Shown: positions 29,960 through 39,601 of the stretch, piece by piece
How positions within the stretch are numbered: the stretch's first letter is position 1
How the letters are laid out: each line of letters starts with the position of its first letter
NCBI GenBank assembly: GCA_965247095.1
Contig: OZ251997.1
Location: 2,528,001-2,592,000 of the forward strand
Source of the DNA: Candidatus Multivorans sp.
GTDB taxonomy: Bacteria > Acidobacteriota > Thermoanaerobaculia > Multivoradales > Multivoraceae
Direction of reading: 5' to 3'
DNA: 64,000 bases
Position numbers and translations under genes: made by a program
The notes under the pieces: generated by a model
Seen by the model: the letters and a program-made list of their open reading frames with translations, nothing else
What the model was told of the DNA's origin: nothing
Databases searched by the model: none

Positions 29960-31023
29960 ACGCGCTGCGCGTCGTCGTGACCGGCGAGAGCTGGCACGGC
30001 TCGGACTGCACCGGCCTCGCCCGGGGGTTCCGGGAGCTGGGCCACGCGGTGGAACTCGTCGGCTGGGACCGGTTCTTCCCCGCCGTCGACCGCTCCCTCG
30101 CCGCTCGCGGCGTCCGGCGGGCGCTGAGCCCGTTGTACCAGTCGCAGTTCAACCGCCGGGTGCGCGAGTCGGTCCGCCGCCTGCGGCCCGACCTCGTGGT
30201 GGTCTTCAAGGGCACAGCGGTCGCGCCGGCGACCCTGGCCGACGCCCGCCGGCGCGGCGTCTGGCTGTGCAATTTCTGGCCCGACGTTTCGACCGCCGGC
30301 CACTGGCGCGTGGACCAGCGCATCTTCCGCCTCTTCGACCACATCTTCACCACCAAGTCGTTCGGTGTCGCCGACCTCAAGGGCCGGCACGGCCTCACGA
30401 ACGTGTCGTTTCTGCCGCATGCCAGCGATCCGCCGGTCCACCGCCCGATCGCCTCCGACCGGCCCCTGACCGACGCGCCGGCCGTGTCGTTCCTGGGCCG
30501 GCAGTCGCCCCGCAAGGAAAGCCTGCTGGCGACCCTGGCGGACGCCATCGGGCCGGAGAGGCTGGCCGTCTGGGGGGACGGCTGGGATCGGGCCGAATCG
30601 GCCGCGCTGCGGCGCGCCGTCCGGGGCGGTTCCATCTTTGGCGACTTCTACGCGCTGGCGATTGGTGAATCGCGGATCAACCTCGGCTTGCTTTCGGAGA
30701 GAGTGCCCGGCGCGAGTTCGGGCGACCGCATCACCTCGCGCACCTTCCAGATTCCGGCCAGCGGCGGGTTCCTGTTGCACGAACGCACGACGGAGCTGGC
30801 CCACTACCTCGAGGAGGGGCGGGAAGTGGCCTGTTTCGGCGCGCCGGCCGAGCTGGTCGAGAAGGTCCACTACTATATGGAGAACGAACCGGAGCGCGTC
30901 CGCATCGCCGAGGCCGGGCAAGAGCGCTGCGTGCGCGAGAACCGCTGGTCGCAGCGGGCAAGGGTCATTGTCGAGAAGTTCCAGGCCGCGTCGCGGCCGA
31001 CCGGGCCGGCGCCGACCTCCTGA
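29956..31023 (+). CDS. Glycosyltransferase (CgeB/Glyco_trans_1_2-like); start uncertain, possibly CTG
   Basis: ITSRTFQIPASGGFLL, EPERVRIAEAG. Confidence 0.8.
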   Translation: MNALRVVVTGESWHGSDCTGLARGFRELGHAVELVGWDRFFPAVDRSLAARGVRRALSPLYQSQFNRRVRESVRRLRPDLVVVFKGTAVAPATLADARRRGVWLCNFWPDVSTAGHWRVDQRIFRLFDHIFTTKSFGVADLKGRHGLTNVSFLPHASDPPVHRPIASDRPLTDAPAVSFLGRQSPRKESLLATLADAIGPERLAVWGDGWDRAESAALRRAVRGGSIFGDFYALAIGESRINLGLLSERVPGASSGDRITSRTFQIPASGGFLLHERTTELAHYLEEGREVACFGAPAELVEKVHYYMENEPERVRIAEAGQERCVRENRWSQRARVIVEKFQAASRPTGPAPTS

Positions 31024-31042
31024 TCCGTGGCGGCGGGACGCG

Positions 31043-31792
31043 ATGAACCAGCACGGGACCGATTACCGCGCCGCGATCTACCCTGACTACACACAGGTGG
31101 CCGGGGGAGCGGCCGCGTTCGACCGCGCGGCGGCCGACCGTTGGGCGCCGTGTCTCGACTACTACCTCCGCGGCTGGCTGCCCGGCCGCCGGGATGCGCG
31201 CATCGTGGACTTGGGATGCGGCGACGGGCGCTTGCTGTACCTACTGTCGAAGCGGGGGTACGGCCACCTGACCGGCGTGGACGTGAGCGAATCGCAAACA
31301 CGGGTCGCCCGGCAAGTCGCCCATCCGGTGTTGACCATGGACGCGGTCGAGTGGCTGAGCCGGTGCGCCGAACCTCTCGATCTCCTGCTGGCCATCGACC
31401 TCATCGAGCACCTCACCAAGAGCGAGGCGCTGGAGTTCATCGCGCTCTGCGCGTCCCGCCTGCGTCCCGGCGGCCGGCTGATACTCCAGACTCCGAACGC
31501 GGCCAGCCCCTTCGTCGGCGCGGTACGCCACGGCGACATCACGCACGAGCAGTGCTTTACGCCGTCGTTGCTGACGGCGCTGTTGGAGCGGGAAGGCCTG
31601 ACCCGAGTCGAGACGCGCGAGGCCTGCCCGGTGCCGTGGACGTACAGCTTTCCCTCCACCGTGCGCTACGGCTGCTGGCGGATCGTTCGCGGCGCGTTCG
31701 CCCTGCTGAACCTGGTCGAGACGGGCAGCGCCGGCGGCGGCGTGCTGACGCGGGTCTTCCTGGCCTCCGCCGTCAAGCCGGACCTGGCGTAG
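31043..31792 (+). CDS. Class I SAM-dependent methyltransferase
   Basis: VDLGCGDG, DLIEHL, LRPGGRLILQTPN, DITHE. Confidence 0.88.
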   Translation: MNQHGTDYRAAIYPDYTQVAGGAAAFDRAAADRWAPCLDYYLRGWLPGRRDARIVDLGCGDGRLLYLLSKRGYGHLTGVDVSESQTRVARQVAHPVLTMDAVEWLSRCAEPLDLLLAIDLIEHLTKSEALEFIALCASRLRPGGRLILQTPNAASPFVGAVRHGDITHEQCFTPSLLTALLEREGLTRVETREACPVPWTYSFPSTVRYGCWRIVRGAFALLNLVETGSAGGGVLTRVFLASAVKPDLA

Positions 31793-31811
31793 CGCCAGGA
31801 CCATTCCAGGG

Positions 31812-31860
31812 TCCGACGCTTCGCCTCGGATGCGGGCAGGATGCCCGCGTTCCCAGGTTC
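31812..31860 (-). repeat. REP-like palindromic repeat (short form) between convergent genes
   Basis: Reverse complement GAACCTGGGAACGCGGGCATCCTGCCCGCATCCG matches the 3505 copy. Confidence 0.85.
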
Positions 31861-31873
31861 GGAGAGCGGGCCG

Positions 31874-33091
31874 TCAGTCGGTCCGTACCCACTCGGGCTT
31901 CTCCGGGCGGTGGCCCCGCAGCCACTCGCAGGTAACGACCATGCGCCGGCCCATCTCGGGCCACGAGTAGTCCGCCGCCATCCAGCGCCTTCCCCGCAGG
32001 CCCATCTCCGCCAACTCGGCCGGGTCGCGGGCGAGCGCGTCGCGGAGGGTTGCGGCGAGGGTTTCCGACCCCGTCTCGATGCACCAGCCGGCGTCCTGGG
32101 TCGCAAGCGTGCTCCACGGGGTGGCGCGCGTGGTGATGACGGGCGTGCCCGCGGCCAGCGCTTCGGCGACGGTCACCCCGAAGCTCTCGGAGTGCGACGG
32201 AAGGACGTAGAGATCGGCGCCGCGGTAGGCGTCCCACTTGGCGGCGCCGCGCAGCTCGCCGGCGAAGCGAACCCGTTCCGCGCCTCGCTCGGCCGCTCGG
32301 CGCCGGAGCATGTCCGCGTAACCGCTGCTGCCCCGGCCGTCGATGTCGTTGCCGACGATCGCCAGCCGCCACGCGGGAAACCGGTCCTGCACGAGGCGCC
32401 ACGCGTCGATGAGTGCGTCCGCGCCTTTCACCGGGTGCAGACGAGCCAGGAACAACAGGGTCCTGGCCTCGCCACGCGGCTTCGGCGCCGGGGCCAGGGA
32501 CGGCAGATCGATGCCGTTCGGAATGACGGCGACGGGTTGGCGAAACCCGAGCCGGCGCACGTCCTCGTACTCCTGTTCCGCGGTGGCGTGAAAGCAGGCC
32601 GCCCGCTTCAGGGCGGGCCGCTGCAGGGCGGCCCAGAACAGCAGCTTGGTAGCGGAGTGATGGCGCATCGCCCACGCTGACAGCGAGCCCCGGGGCGAGA
32701 CGATCAGCGTCGCGCCGCCCTTGCGCGCGGCCCAGGCCGGATACACGACGCTCATCCGCCAAAGGCCGTGGGCGTGCAGGATGGCGGCGCGCCCGGGGCG
32801 CGCCCGCGCATTGAGCCACCGCCTCAGCGCGGGCGAACTGCCCAGCAGGAGCGGTCCGCGTCCTGGCGCGAACTGGCGCAGGAAAGCCGGCGGCGGCCGG
32901 TCCGGGTCGGCGTCGGGCGTGGCAACGACGGCGTCGGCGCCGGCCGCGATCATCGACTCGCACAGGCGGACCACCGTGTAGGACGGCCCGCTCGACTCCC
33001 GAGCCACAGAAGGCGTCACGTGGACGACCGTCGGCGCCGGCGCCGCGTCGCACAACGGCGGACGACGCGCCCGATCGGGGAACCCGTTCAA
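31874..33091 (-). CDS. GT4 glycosyltransferase
   Basis: LARLHPVKG, LPSHSESFGVTVAEALAAG. Confidence 0.9.
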   Translation of the reverse strand: MNGFPDRARRPPLCDAAPAPTVVHVTPSVARESSGPSYTVVRLCESMIAAGADAVVATPDADPDRPPPAFLRQFAPGRGPLLLGSSPALRRWLNARARPGRAAILHAHGLWRMSVVYPAWAARKGGATLIVSPRGSLSAWAMRHHSATKLLFWAALQRPALKRAACFHATAEQEYEDVRRLGFRQPVAVIPNGIDLPSLAPAPKPRGEARTLLFLARLHPVKGADALIDAWRLVQDRFPAWRLAIVGNDIDGRGSSGYADMLRRRAAERGAERVRFAGELRGAAKWDAYRGADLYVLPSHSESFGVTVAEALAAGTPVITTRATPWSTLATQDAGWCIETGSETLAATLRDALARDPAELAEMGLRGRRWMAADYSWPEMGRRMVVTCEWLRGHRPEKPEWVRTD

Positions 33092-33101
33092 CTCGATTCG
33101 T

Positions 33102-34370
33102 TCAGCCCGCCACCAACTCGCGCGACGGCCGGCCGCCCGCCGCGAGCTGCAAGCTGTCGAGCGCCTGCAACAGCCCCTCGCCGTGCGCCAGGCGCTGGTT
33201 CGCGCGACCGATGCGCAGGGACGCCCGCGACATCGCCTCGCGCCGCTCGCGGGAGTCCAGGATCCGGGCCAGCGCCGACGCGAGCGCCTCCACGTCGCCG
33301 CACCGATACACGTAGCCGTTCAGGCCGGACCTCACGTCGTCGGTGGACCCGTGGTTGCCGCAACGATGCGAGAGGACGACGGGCAACCCCGCGTAGACGG
33401 CTTCGCTGACCGCGAGCGGGTGCGGGTCGATCTCGGAGCAGTGGACGTACACGTCGGCCGCACAGTAGTAGTGCGCCAGGGTTCGCGGTTGGACGAAGCC
33501 GGCGAAGACCACGCCGCCGGGGCCGCGCGCCCGCGCCAGGCGCCGCAGACGCGGCTCCTCGGCGCCCGACCCCGCCAGGATCACGGTCACGTCGTCGCGC
33601 GCCGCTCGAACGCGGTTCGAGAAGGCGACCAGGTCCCGCTGCCGCTTTCTCGACACGAGCTTGCCGGCCATCAGGACCACGTGGTGGTGGCCGGGAATGC
33701 CGTGCCGGCCGCGTATGGCGGCGCGTTGCTCTTCACGGTTCTCGAGGGCCTGTTCCGCCGAACCGGTGTCGATGGAGAACGGGGAGCGGATGAACCGCTC
33801 GCCCGCCACGCGATAGCGGCGCAGGTAGGCTTCGTTCGCGTCGCCGATCGTCAGGAACCGGTCGACTCCTCGCAGGAGAACCGGCAGCACGAGTGCCTTG
33901 GCTGCCCGCCTGGCCCAACTTCGCCTGTGCCGGAGTTCGGAATCCGTGATCATGACGACAGGCACGCCCTGGCCCCGGGCCCACCGGGCGGCCCGTCGCT
34001 GCAGGCGCTGCGTGTAGCCGTAGACCACGACGCAGTGCGGCCGGAAACCGGCGAGCCGCTCCTCCACCGCCGCCACGTCGAGGGTCGCCGTCACGGGCCG
34101 GTCGTCGGCGCCGGGCAGGAACTCGTGCGGGAAGTCGAGCGTCAGACCCTGCCACCGGACGCTCGCGGCGAAACCCGCGTCATGGTACGGTTCAAGGCCC
34201 TGTCGCGACGCAAAGAAGACTCGGAGGTTTATGCCGTCAAGCCGTGCCCAGCTTGAGTACTGCGGGCAGAAATGCTGAATGGGGTGACTGACGACGAGGG
34301 CCAGCCTGACCGGCTGGCCCTCTGCGCCGGCAGCCGGCACCGTCAACGCGCCTGCTGAAGGCTGCTCCAT
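33102..34370 (-). CDS. GT4 glycosyltransferase
   Basis: SHPIQHFCP, GKLVSRKR, EAVYAGLPVV; TATGAT 7 nt before the ATG at 34370. Confidence 0.85.
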   Translation of the reverse strand: MEQPSAGALTVPAAGAEGQPVRLALVVSHPIQHFCPQYSSWARLDGINLRVFFASRQGLEPYHDAGFAASVRWQGLTLDFPHEFLPGADDRPVTATLDVAAVEERLAGFRPHCVVVYGYTQRLQRRAARWARGQGVPVVMITDSELRHRRSWARRAAKALVLPVLLRGVDRFLTIGDANEAYLRRYRVAGERFIRSPFSIDTGSAEQALENREEQRAAIRGRHGIPGHHHVVLMAGKLVSRKRQRDLVAFSNRVRAARDDVTVILAGSGAEEPRLRRLARARGPGGVVFAGFVQPRTLAHYYCAADVYVHCSEIDPHPLAVSEAVYAGLPVVLSHRCGNHGSTDDVRSGLNGYVYRCGDVEALASALARILDSRERREAMSRASLRIGRANQRLAHGEGLLQALDSLQLAAGGRPSRELVAG

Positions 34371-34422
34371 GAGGCCGATCATACGGCAGTCCATCCATGG
34401 GGGCAGCACTGGCGGTCGACTC

Positions 34423-36654
34423 GTGAGGCAGGTGGTCTTCTCTCGCCGGAACGGCAAAGTGCGGCTGGCGGACGCGCCCGTGCCGGCCTGCCCGCCCGGC
34501 GGCGTACTGGTCCGCACGCGCTGCAGCGTGGTGTCGTCCGGCACGGAACGGCAGGTGCTGGAGCTGGCGCGCAAGAGTCTCCCCGGCAAAGCGACGGCGC
34601 GCCCCGACCTGGTGCGGCAGGTGCTCGGCAAGGTGCGTACCGAGGGGATCGCCGCGACGGTGGAGAAGGCCCGGGCGACCCTCGACGAGGTGCTCCCCCT
34701 GGGCTACTCGGCCGCCGGCGAGGTGGTCGAGGCGGGAGCGAAGGCTGGCGGTCTGCGGCCTGGCGATCGCGTCGCGGTGGCGGGAGCAGGCCATGCCACC
34801 CACGCCGAGTTCAACGCCGTTCCCCGCAACCTGTGCGCGAGAGTCCCCGCGGGGGTCTCGTACGCGGACGGCGCATTCGCCACGGTCGGCGCCATCGCGA
34901 TGCAAGGCGTCCGGCAAGCCCAGCCCAAGATCGGCGAGCGGGTCGCGGTGATCGGCCTGGGGCTGATCGGTCTGCTGACGGCGCAGATTCTGAAGGCCAA
35001 CGGTTGCGCGGTGCTGGGCGTCGACCCTGACGGCGAGCGGGTGGCTCTGGCCCGCCGTCTGGGGGTCGACATCGCGGTCGTCGAGGGAGGCGTCGCGGCG
35101 TGCGAAGAGCTCACGGGCGGTCGCGGCGCCGACGCCGTCATCATCGCTGCCGCCACGCCAAGCGCCGAGCCGGTCTCGAGCGCGGCGGAGATGTCGCGCC
35201 GTGGGGGGCGGGTGGTCGTAGTGGGCCTGGTCGGGCTGAACGTGCCGCGCGAACCGTTCTACCGCAAGGAACTCGACCTGCGCCTGTCCACTTCCGCCGG
35301 TCCGGGCCGCTACGACCCGGTCTACGAGGAACAGGGACAGGACTACCCGTTCGCCCACGTGCGCTTCACCGAGCAGCGCAACATGGAGAGTTTCCTCTAC
35401 CTGGCCGAACAGGGCCGGGTAACGCCCGCGGCGCTGGTGACGCACCGGCTGCCCATCGCCGACGCGCTCGACGCCTACGACGTGCTCGAGGGCAAGCAGC
35501 CGGAGGCGGCGTCGGGACGAGCGCTCGGCATCCTGCTGGAGTACCCCGACGACGCCGCCCTGGACCGGACGGTACGCCTCGACGCCGCAGGGGGGAGGAG
35601 GAGGGGCGCCGCCCTGGGCGAGGAGGCAGCCGCGGGCGTCGGCGGCGGCGACCTCCGGGTGGGGATCTTCGGGGCCGGGCGGTTCGCGCGCGGCGTCCTG
35701 CTGCCACACTTGGCGAAGAAGCCCGGCGTGCGCCTGGCCGGGGTGTGTACCCGCAGCGGTCGCAGCGCGCTCGACGCGGCCGAACGCTTCGGCTGTGCAG
35801 TCGCCACCAGCGATCCGGCGCGGCTGCTCGCCGACCCCGGCGTCGACGCGGTGGTTGTCGCCACCAACCATGCCAGCCACGCGCAGTTGGCGGCGGCGGC
35901 ACTGCGGGCCGGCAAGCACGTGTTCGTCGAGAAGCCGTTGTGCATCTCGGAGGCCGAGCTCGACGAGGTCGAGCAGGCCCTGGCCGACGCCCGCGAGGCC
36001 GGGAGCAAGCCCTGTCTGACGGTCGGTTTCAACCGCCGCTTCTCCCCGCATGCCCGAGCGCTGCGAACCTCTCTCGCCACCGGGTCCCCGGGCGGAGGAG
36101 CGAGCCTGCCCCGGTTCGTCGCCTACCGGGTCAACACGGGCCCGGTTCCGGCCGGGAGTTGGCTGATCGACCCCCGCGAAGGCGGCCGCGTCGTCGGCGA
36201 GGCGTGCCATTTCGTCGACTTCTGCGGCGCGCTGATCGACGCCGACCCCGTGGAGGTGACGGCCGCCGGCATCGCTTCGGGCGGGCCCGACGACGCGGCG
36301 GTCGACACCGCGGTCGTCACCGTGCGCTACGCCGGCGGATCGCTGGCGACGATCCAGTACGTGACGGTCGGCCACCCGAACCTGGCGAAGGAGCGGTGCG
36401 AGGCGTTCGCGGGCGGCCGGACCGCCGTCCTGGACGATTTCCGCGTCACGAAATGCCATGGCGGCGGCCAGAACCTGCGCGGCCGGCAGGCGAAGGGACA
36501 TGCCGAGGCGTTGGACGCGTTCGTCGACGCCTGCCGGGATGGCGGCGCCTGGCCGATTCCTTGGCGGAGTCTCGTCGCCACCCACCGGGTGTGCTTCGCC
36601 GCCGTCCGCAGTCTCCGCACCGGCCGCCCGGTCGCCGTGGACCTGCCGTCATGA
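34423..36654 (+). CDS. Bi-domain oxidoreductase (Zn-binding dehydrogenase plus Gfo/Idh/MocA)
   Basis: SSGTE, LGYS, GLGLIG, GPGRYDP, VEKP, GFNRRF, GEACHFVD. Confidence 0.88.
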   Translation: MRQVVFSRRNGKVRLADAPVPACPPGGVLVRTRCSVVSSGTERQVLELARKSLPGKATARPDLVRQVLGKVRTEGIAATVEKARATLDEVLPLGYSAAGEVVEAGAKAGGLRPGDRVAVAGAGHATHAEFNAVPRNLCARVPAGVSYADGAFATVGAIAMQGVRQAQPKIGERVAVIGLGLIGLLTAQILKANGCAVLGVDPDGERVALARRLGVDIAVVEGGVAACEELTGGRGADAVIIAAATPSAEPVSSAAEMSRRGGRVVVVGLVGLNVPREPFYRKELDLRLSTSAGPGRYDPVYEEQGQDYPFAHVRFTEQRNMESFLYLAEQGRVTPAALVTHRLPIADALDAYDVLEGKQPEAASGRALGILLEYPDDAALDRTVRLDAAGGRRRGAALGEEAAAGVGGGDLRVGIFGAGRFARGVLLPHLAKKPGVRLAGVCTRSGRSALDAAERFGCAVATSDPARLLADPGVDAVVVATNHASHAQLAAAALRAGKHVFVEKPLCISEAELDEVEQALADAREAGSKPCLTVGFNRRFSPHARALRTSLATGSPGGGASLPRFVAYRVNTGPVPAGSWLIDPREGGRVVGEACHFVDFCGALIDADPVEVTAAGIASGGPDDAAVDTAVVTVRYAGGSLATIQYVTVGHPNLAKERCEAFAGGRTAVLDDFRVTKCHGGGQNLRGRQAKGHAEALDAFVDACRDGGAWPIPWRSLVATHRVCFAAVRSLRTGRPVAVDLPS

Positions 36655-38354
36655 ACGGCCGCCGGCCTGTACCTGCGAAGGGGCCGGTCGACCGTGGCTG
36701 GCCTGCCAGCGCGGCTCGGTTCCTGCGGACGATCCGCCACCTCCGCGCGCGCCAGATCGCGCATCAGGCCCTGCACCGGCTCCGCGCTCGATTTTCGGTC
36801 CCGCCGCTCCCGCCCTCTCCGAAGGGCGCCTGCCGGCCGGCGCCCTGCCGGCCGTCGGCGGACGGCCTGCCGCCGCCCGCCGCGGTCGATCAACCGGCCA
36901 TCGGCAAAGGAGTCCTGGCGTTTCAGAACCGGCCCGCCAACGTGGGCTTCCCGCCCGATTGGAACCGCACCGACCAGCCCCTGCACTGGCTCTACCACCT
37001 GCACTACCACGACTACCTGTGGGAACTGTCCTTCGAGCAGGCGAGTGCGGTCGCCAGCCATTGGATGGCCCACCATCCGCCCGGTCCGGCCCGCACCGGG
37101 TGGGACCCCCATCCGACGTCGCTCCGGCTCACGAACTGGTGCGCGCTGTTCCTGGGACGCCACCGCGACAGGACCCTTGCCGAACCCGCGTTCCGGGACG
37201 CGCTGTGGGCGAGCGTCCACCGGCAGGCGACGCACCTCACGCGCAACCTGGAGTGGCGGCTGCTCGGCAACCACCTGCTCGAGAACGCGGCGGCCCTGGC
37301 CCTGACCGGGAGCTGCTTCGACCATGCCGACGCGGACCGCTGGCTCAAGGCGGGCCGGAGGCTCCTGGCGCGGGAGCTGCGGGAACAGATGCTGGCGGAC
37401 GGAGGGCACATCGAACGCTCGCCGATGTACCAGTGCCGGGTTCTCTGGGTGCTGCTGCTCCTGCGCGCCGCCGGGCGGCCGGCACTCCGGGAGCTGGTGC
37501 ACCCGTACCTGGCCCCCGCGGCCGAGGCGCTGGCCGCCCTGACCCATCCCGACGGCGGCATCGCCCTGCTGAACGACAGCGCGCTTGGCGTCTACCCCGC
37601 GCCGGAGGTTCTGGTGCGGGCGGCCGGGTCGGAACCGGCCCCGGACGGTCCGTTCGCGCTCGCCGAGACCGGCTACTACGGCGCTCGCACCGCCGCCGGC
37701 GACTACATCGTCTGCGACGCCGGGCCGCTCGGCCCGGACTACCAGCCGGGGCACGGCCACGCCGATCTGTTCTCGTTCGAACTGGATTCGCGGGGCGCCC
37801 GGGTCGTCGTCGACAGCGGCGTGTCCAGCTACGAGGCGGGCGCGGTGCGCGACTACTGCCGGTCGACGCGGGCCCACAACACGGTCGAGGTCGCCGGAAG
37901 CGATTCCGCCGAAATGTGGGCCGCCTTCCGGGTGGGGCGGCGCTGCCGGCCCCGCGGCGTGCGCTGGACGGCGGGCGCCGACTGCTTCGAGCTGTCCGGC
38001 CGGCACGACGGCTACCGGCATCTTCCGGGCCGGCCGGCGCACGCACGGACCTTCCGCTGGCAAATCGGTTCGAGGCTCGACATCGTGGACCGGGTGGTCG
38101 CCTCGCGCCCCGTCCGCTCGGTCGCCCGACTGCATTTCCATCCGCACTGCCGCCTCGGCAAGCCGCGCGGCGGCGCCTGCGCGGTTTCGTTTCCGGGCGG
38201 GAGTGCTCGCCTGTCCTGGTCGGGCTGGGAGGCGGTCGGGGACGAGGCGTCCTGGTACTGCCCCGAGTTCGGAGTCGAGCGGCCCAATCCGTGTCTGGCG
38301 TTCTCGATCACCGCGGCCGCCATGCGGGCATCGATCCGCATCGAGGGCGTCTGA
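36651..38354 (+). CDS. Heparinase II/III-family (alginate-lyase-like) protein
   Basis: LGNHLLEN, DGGHIERSPMY, PGHGHAD, RSTRAHNT. Confidence 0.88.
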   Translation: MNGRRPVPAKGPVDRGWPASAARFLRTIRHLRARQIAHQALHRLRARFSVPPLPPSPKGACRPAPCRPSADGLPPPAAVDQPAIGKGVLAFQNRPANVGFPPDWNRTDQPLHWLYHLHYHDYLWELSFEQASAVASHWMAHHPPGPARTGWDPHPTSLRLTNWCALFLGRHRDRTLAEPAFRDALWASVHRQATHLTRNLEWRLLGNHLLENAAALALTGSCFDHADADRWLKAGRRLLARELREQMLADGGHIERSPMYQCRVLWVLLLLRAAGRPALRELVHPYLAPAAEALAALTHPDGGIALLNDSALGVYPAPEVLVRAAGSEPAPDGPFALAETGYYGARTAAGDYIVCDAGPLGPDYQPGHGHADLFSFELDSRGARVVVDSGVSSYEAGAVRDYCRSTRAHNTVEVAGSDSAEMWAAFRVGRRCRPRGVRWTAGADCFELSGRHDGYRHLPGRPAHARTFRWQIGSRLDIVDRVVASRPVRSVARLHFHPHCRLGKPRGGACAVSFPGGSARLSWSGWEAVGDEASWYCPEFGVERPNPCLAFSITAAAMRASIRIEGV

Positions 38355-39601
38355 TGCGCATCCTGTTCTTCTCCCACTACTTCCCGCCGGAGAGCAACGT
38401 GCCGGCCATCCGTACGCACGCGCATTGCAGGCGCTGGGCCGCGGCCGGCCACGACGTCGCCGTCGTCACCTGCGTGCCGAATCACCCGCGGGGCGCCGTC
38501 TATCCCGGCTACCGGCGCCGGTTCCGGCAGGTCGAGACAGTGGACGGCATCCGCGTCGTGCGGGTCCCCACGCACCTGGCCGCCAACGCCGGCGTCGTGA
38601 GGCGCGGGCTGAGCTGGCTGTCGTATCTGGCGGCGGCGGCCACGTTCGGTCTCCTCGAACCTCGCCCGGACGTCGTCATCGCCACATCGCCGCAGTTCTT
38701 CTGCGGCTGGGCGGGCGTGCTCGTCGCGGCTCTTCGACGCCGGCCCCTGCTGCTGGAGATCCGCGACCTCTGGCCAGCCTCGATCACCGCCGTCGGCGGC
38801 CTGCGGAACAGGGCCATGCTGTGGCTGATCGCGCGGCTGGAGCGACGCATGTACGCGGCGGCGCGGCACATCGTAACGGTCGGAGACGGCTATCGGCTCG
38901 CCTTGACGGAGCGGGGCGTCGACCCGGCGCGAGTCTCGGTGGTGACGAACGGCGTCGACACCGCGGTCTTCCGCCCGCGGCAGCCGGACGCGCGGCGACG
39001 GGAGCGGCTCGGCGTGGGCGACCGCTTCGTGGTCGTCTGGTGCGGCACCATCGGCCTGGCTCACGGCCTGGACGTCGTGTTGCGGGCCGCCGCCCGGCTG
39101 GCCGAGCGCGCCCGGCGCGACATCGTGTTCCTGCTGGTCGGCGACGGGGCCCGGCTGGACGCGTTGCGCGCCGCGGTGGCCGACCGGGGCTTGGACAACG
39201 TGATCTTCGCGGGGCAGATGGACCACGGCGAGATTCCGGACCTGCTGGCGGACGCGGATGCGTTCCTGGTGCATCTGCGGGCGGCGCCCCTCTTCGCTAC
39301 CGTCCTGCCCTCGAAGATCTTCGAGGGCGCGGCGATGGGGCTGCCCCTGATCGCCGGTCTCGATGGGTTCGCCCGGCGTCTCGTCGACGAGGCGGGGTGC
39401 GGCCGCTGCTTCGCGCCTGAGGACGACGCCGAGCTGGCCGAGACCGTTCTGCAGCTTGCCGACGACTCGTCGCTCCGTCGCCGCCTCGGGGCGGCGGGCC
39501 GCGCACTGGTGCAGCGCGACTTCGACCGCGACGCGCTTGCCGCGCGGTACCTCGCCATTATCGAGCGGACGGCGGGGCCGGAGGCGACGCTCAATGCGTG
39601 A
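38354..39601 (+). CDS. GT4 glycosyltransferase (WbuB-like)
   Basis: YFPPE, PNHPRG, TSPQFF, EIRDLWP, PSKIFE. Confidence 0.9.
   Translation: MRILFFSHYFPPESNVPAIRTHAHCRRWAAAGHDVAVVTCVPNHPRGAVYPGYRRRFRQVETVDGIRVVRVPTHLAANAGVVRRGLSWLSYLAAAATFGLLEPRPDVVIATSPQFFCGWAGVLVAALRRRPLLLEIRDLWPASITAVGGLRNRAMLWLIARLERRMYAAARHIVTVGDGYRLALTERGVDPARVSVVTNGVDTAVFRPRQPDARRRERLGVGDRFVVVWCGTIGLAHGLDVVLRAAARLAERARRDIVFLLVGDGARLDALRAAVADRGLDNVIFAGQMDHGEIPDLLADADAFLVHLRAAPLFATVLPSKIFEGAAMGLPLIAGLDGFARRLVDEAGCGRCFAPEDDAELAETVLQLADDSSLRRRLGAAGRALVQRDFDRDALAARYLAIIERTAGPEATLNA

Noticed and set aside
35100-39601. ORFs over 1000 aa (35100..38354, 36458..39601) as giant proteins
   Set aside because: High-GC upstream extensions; the real genes start at 36651 and 38354 with stop/start overlaps
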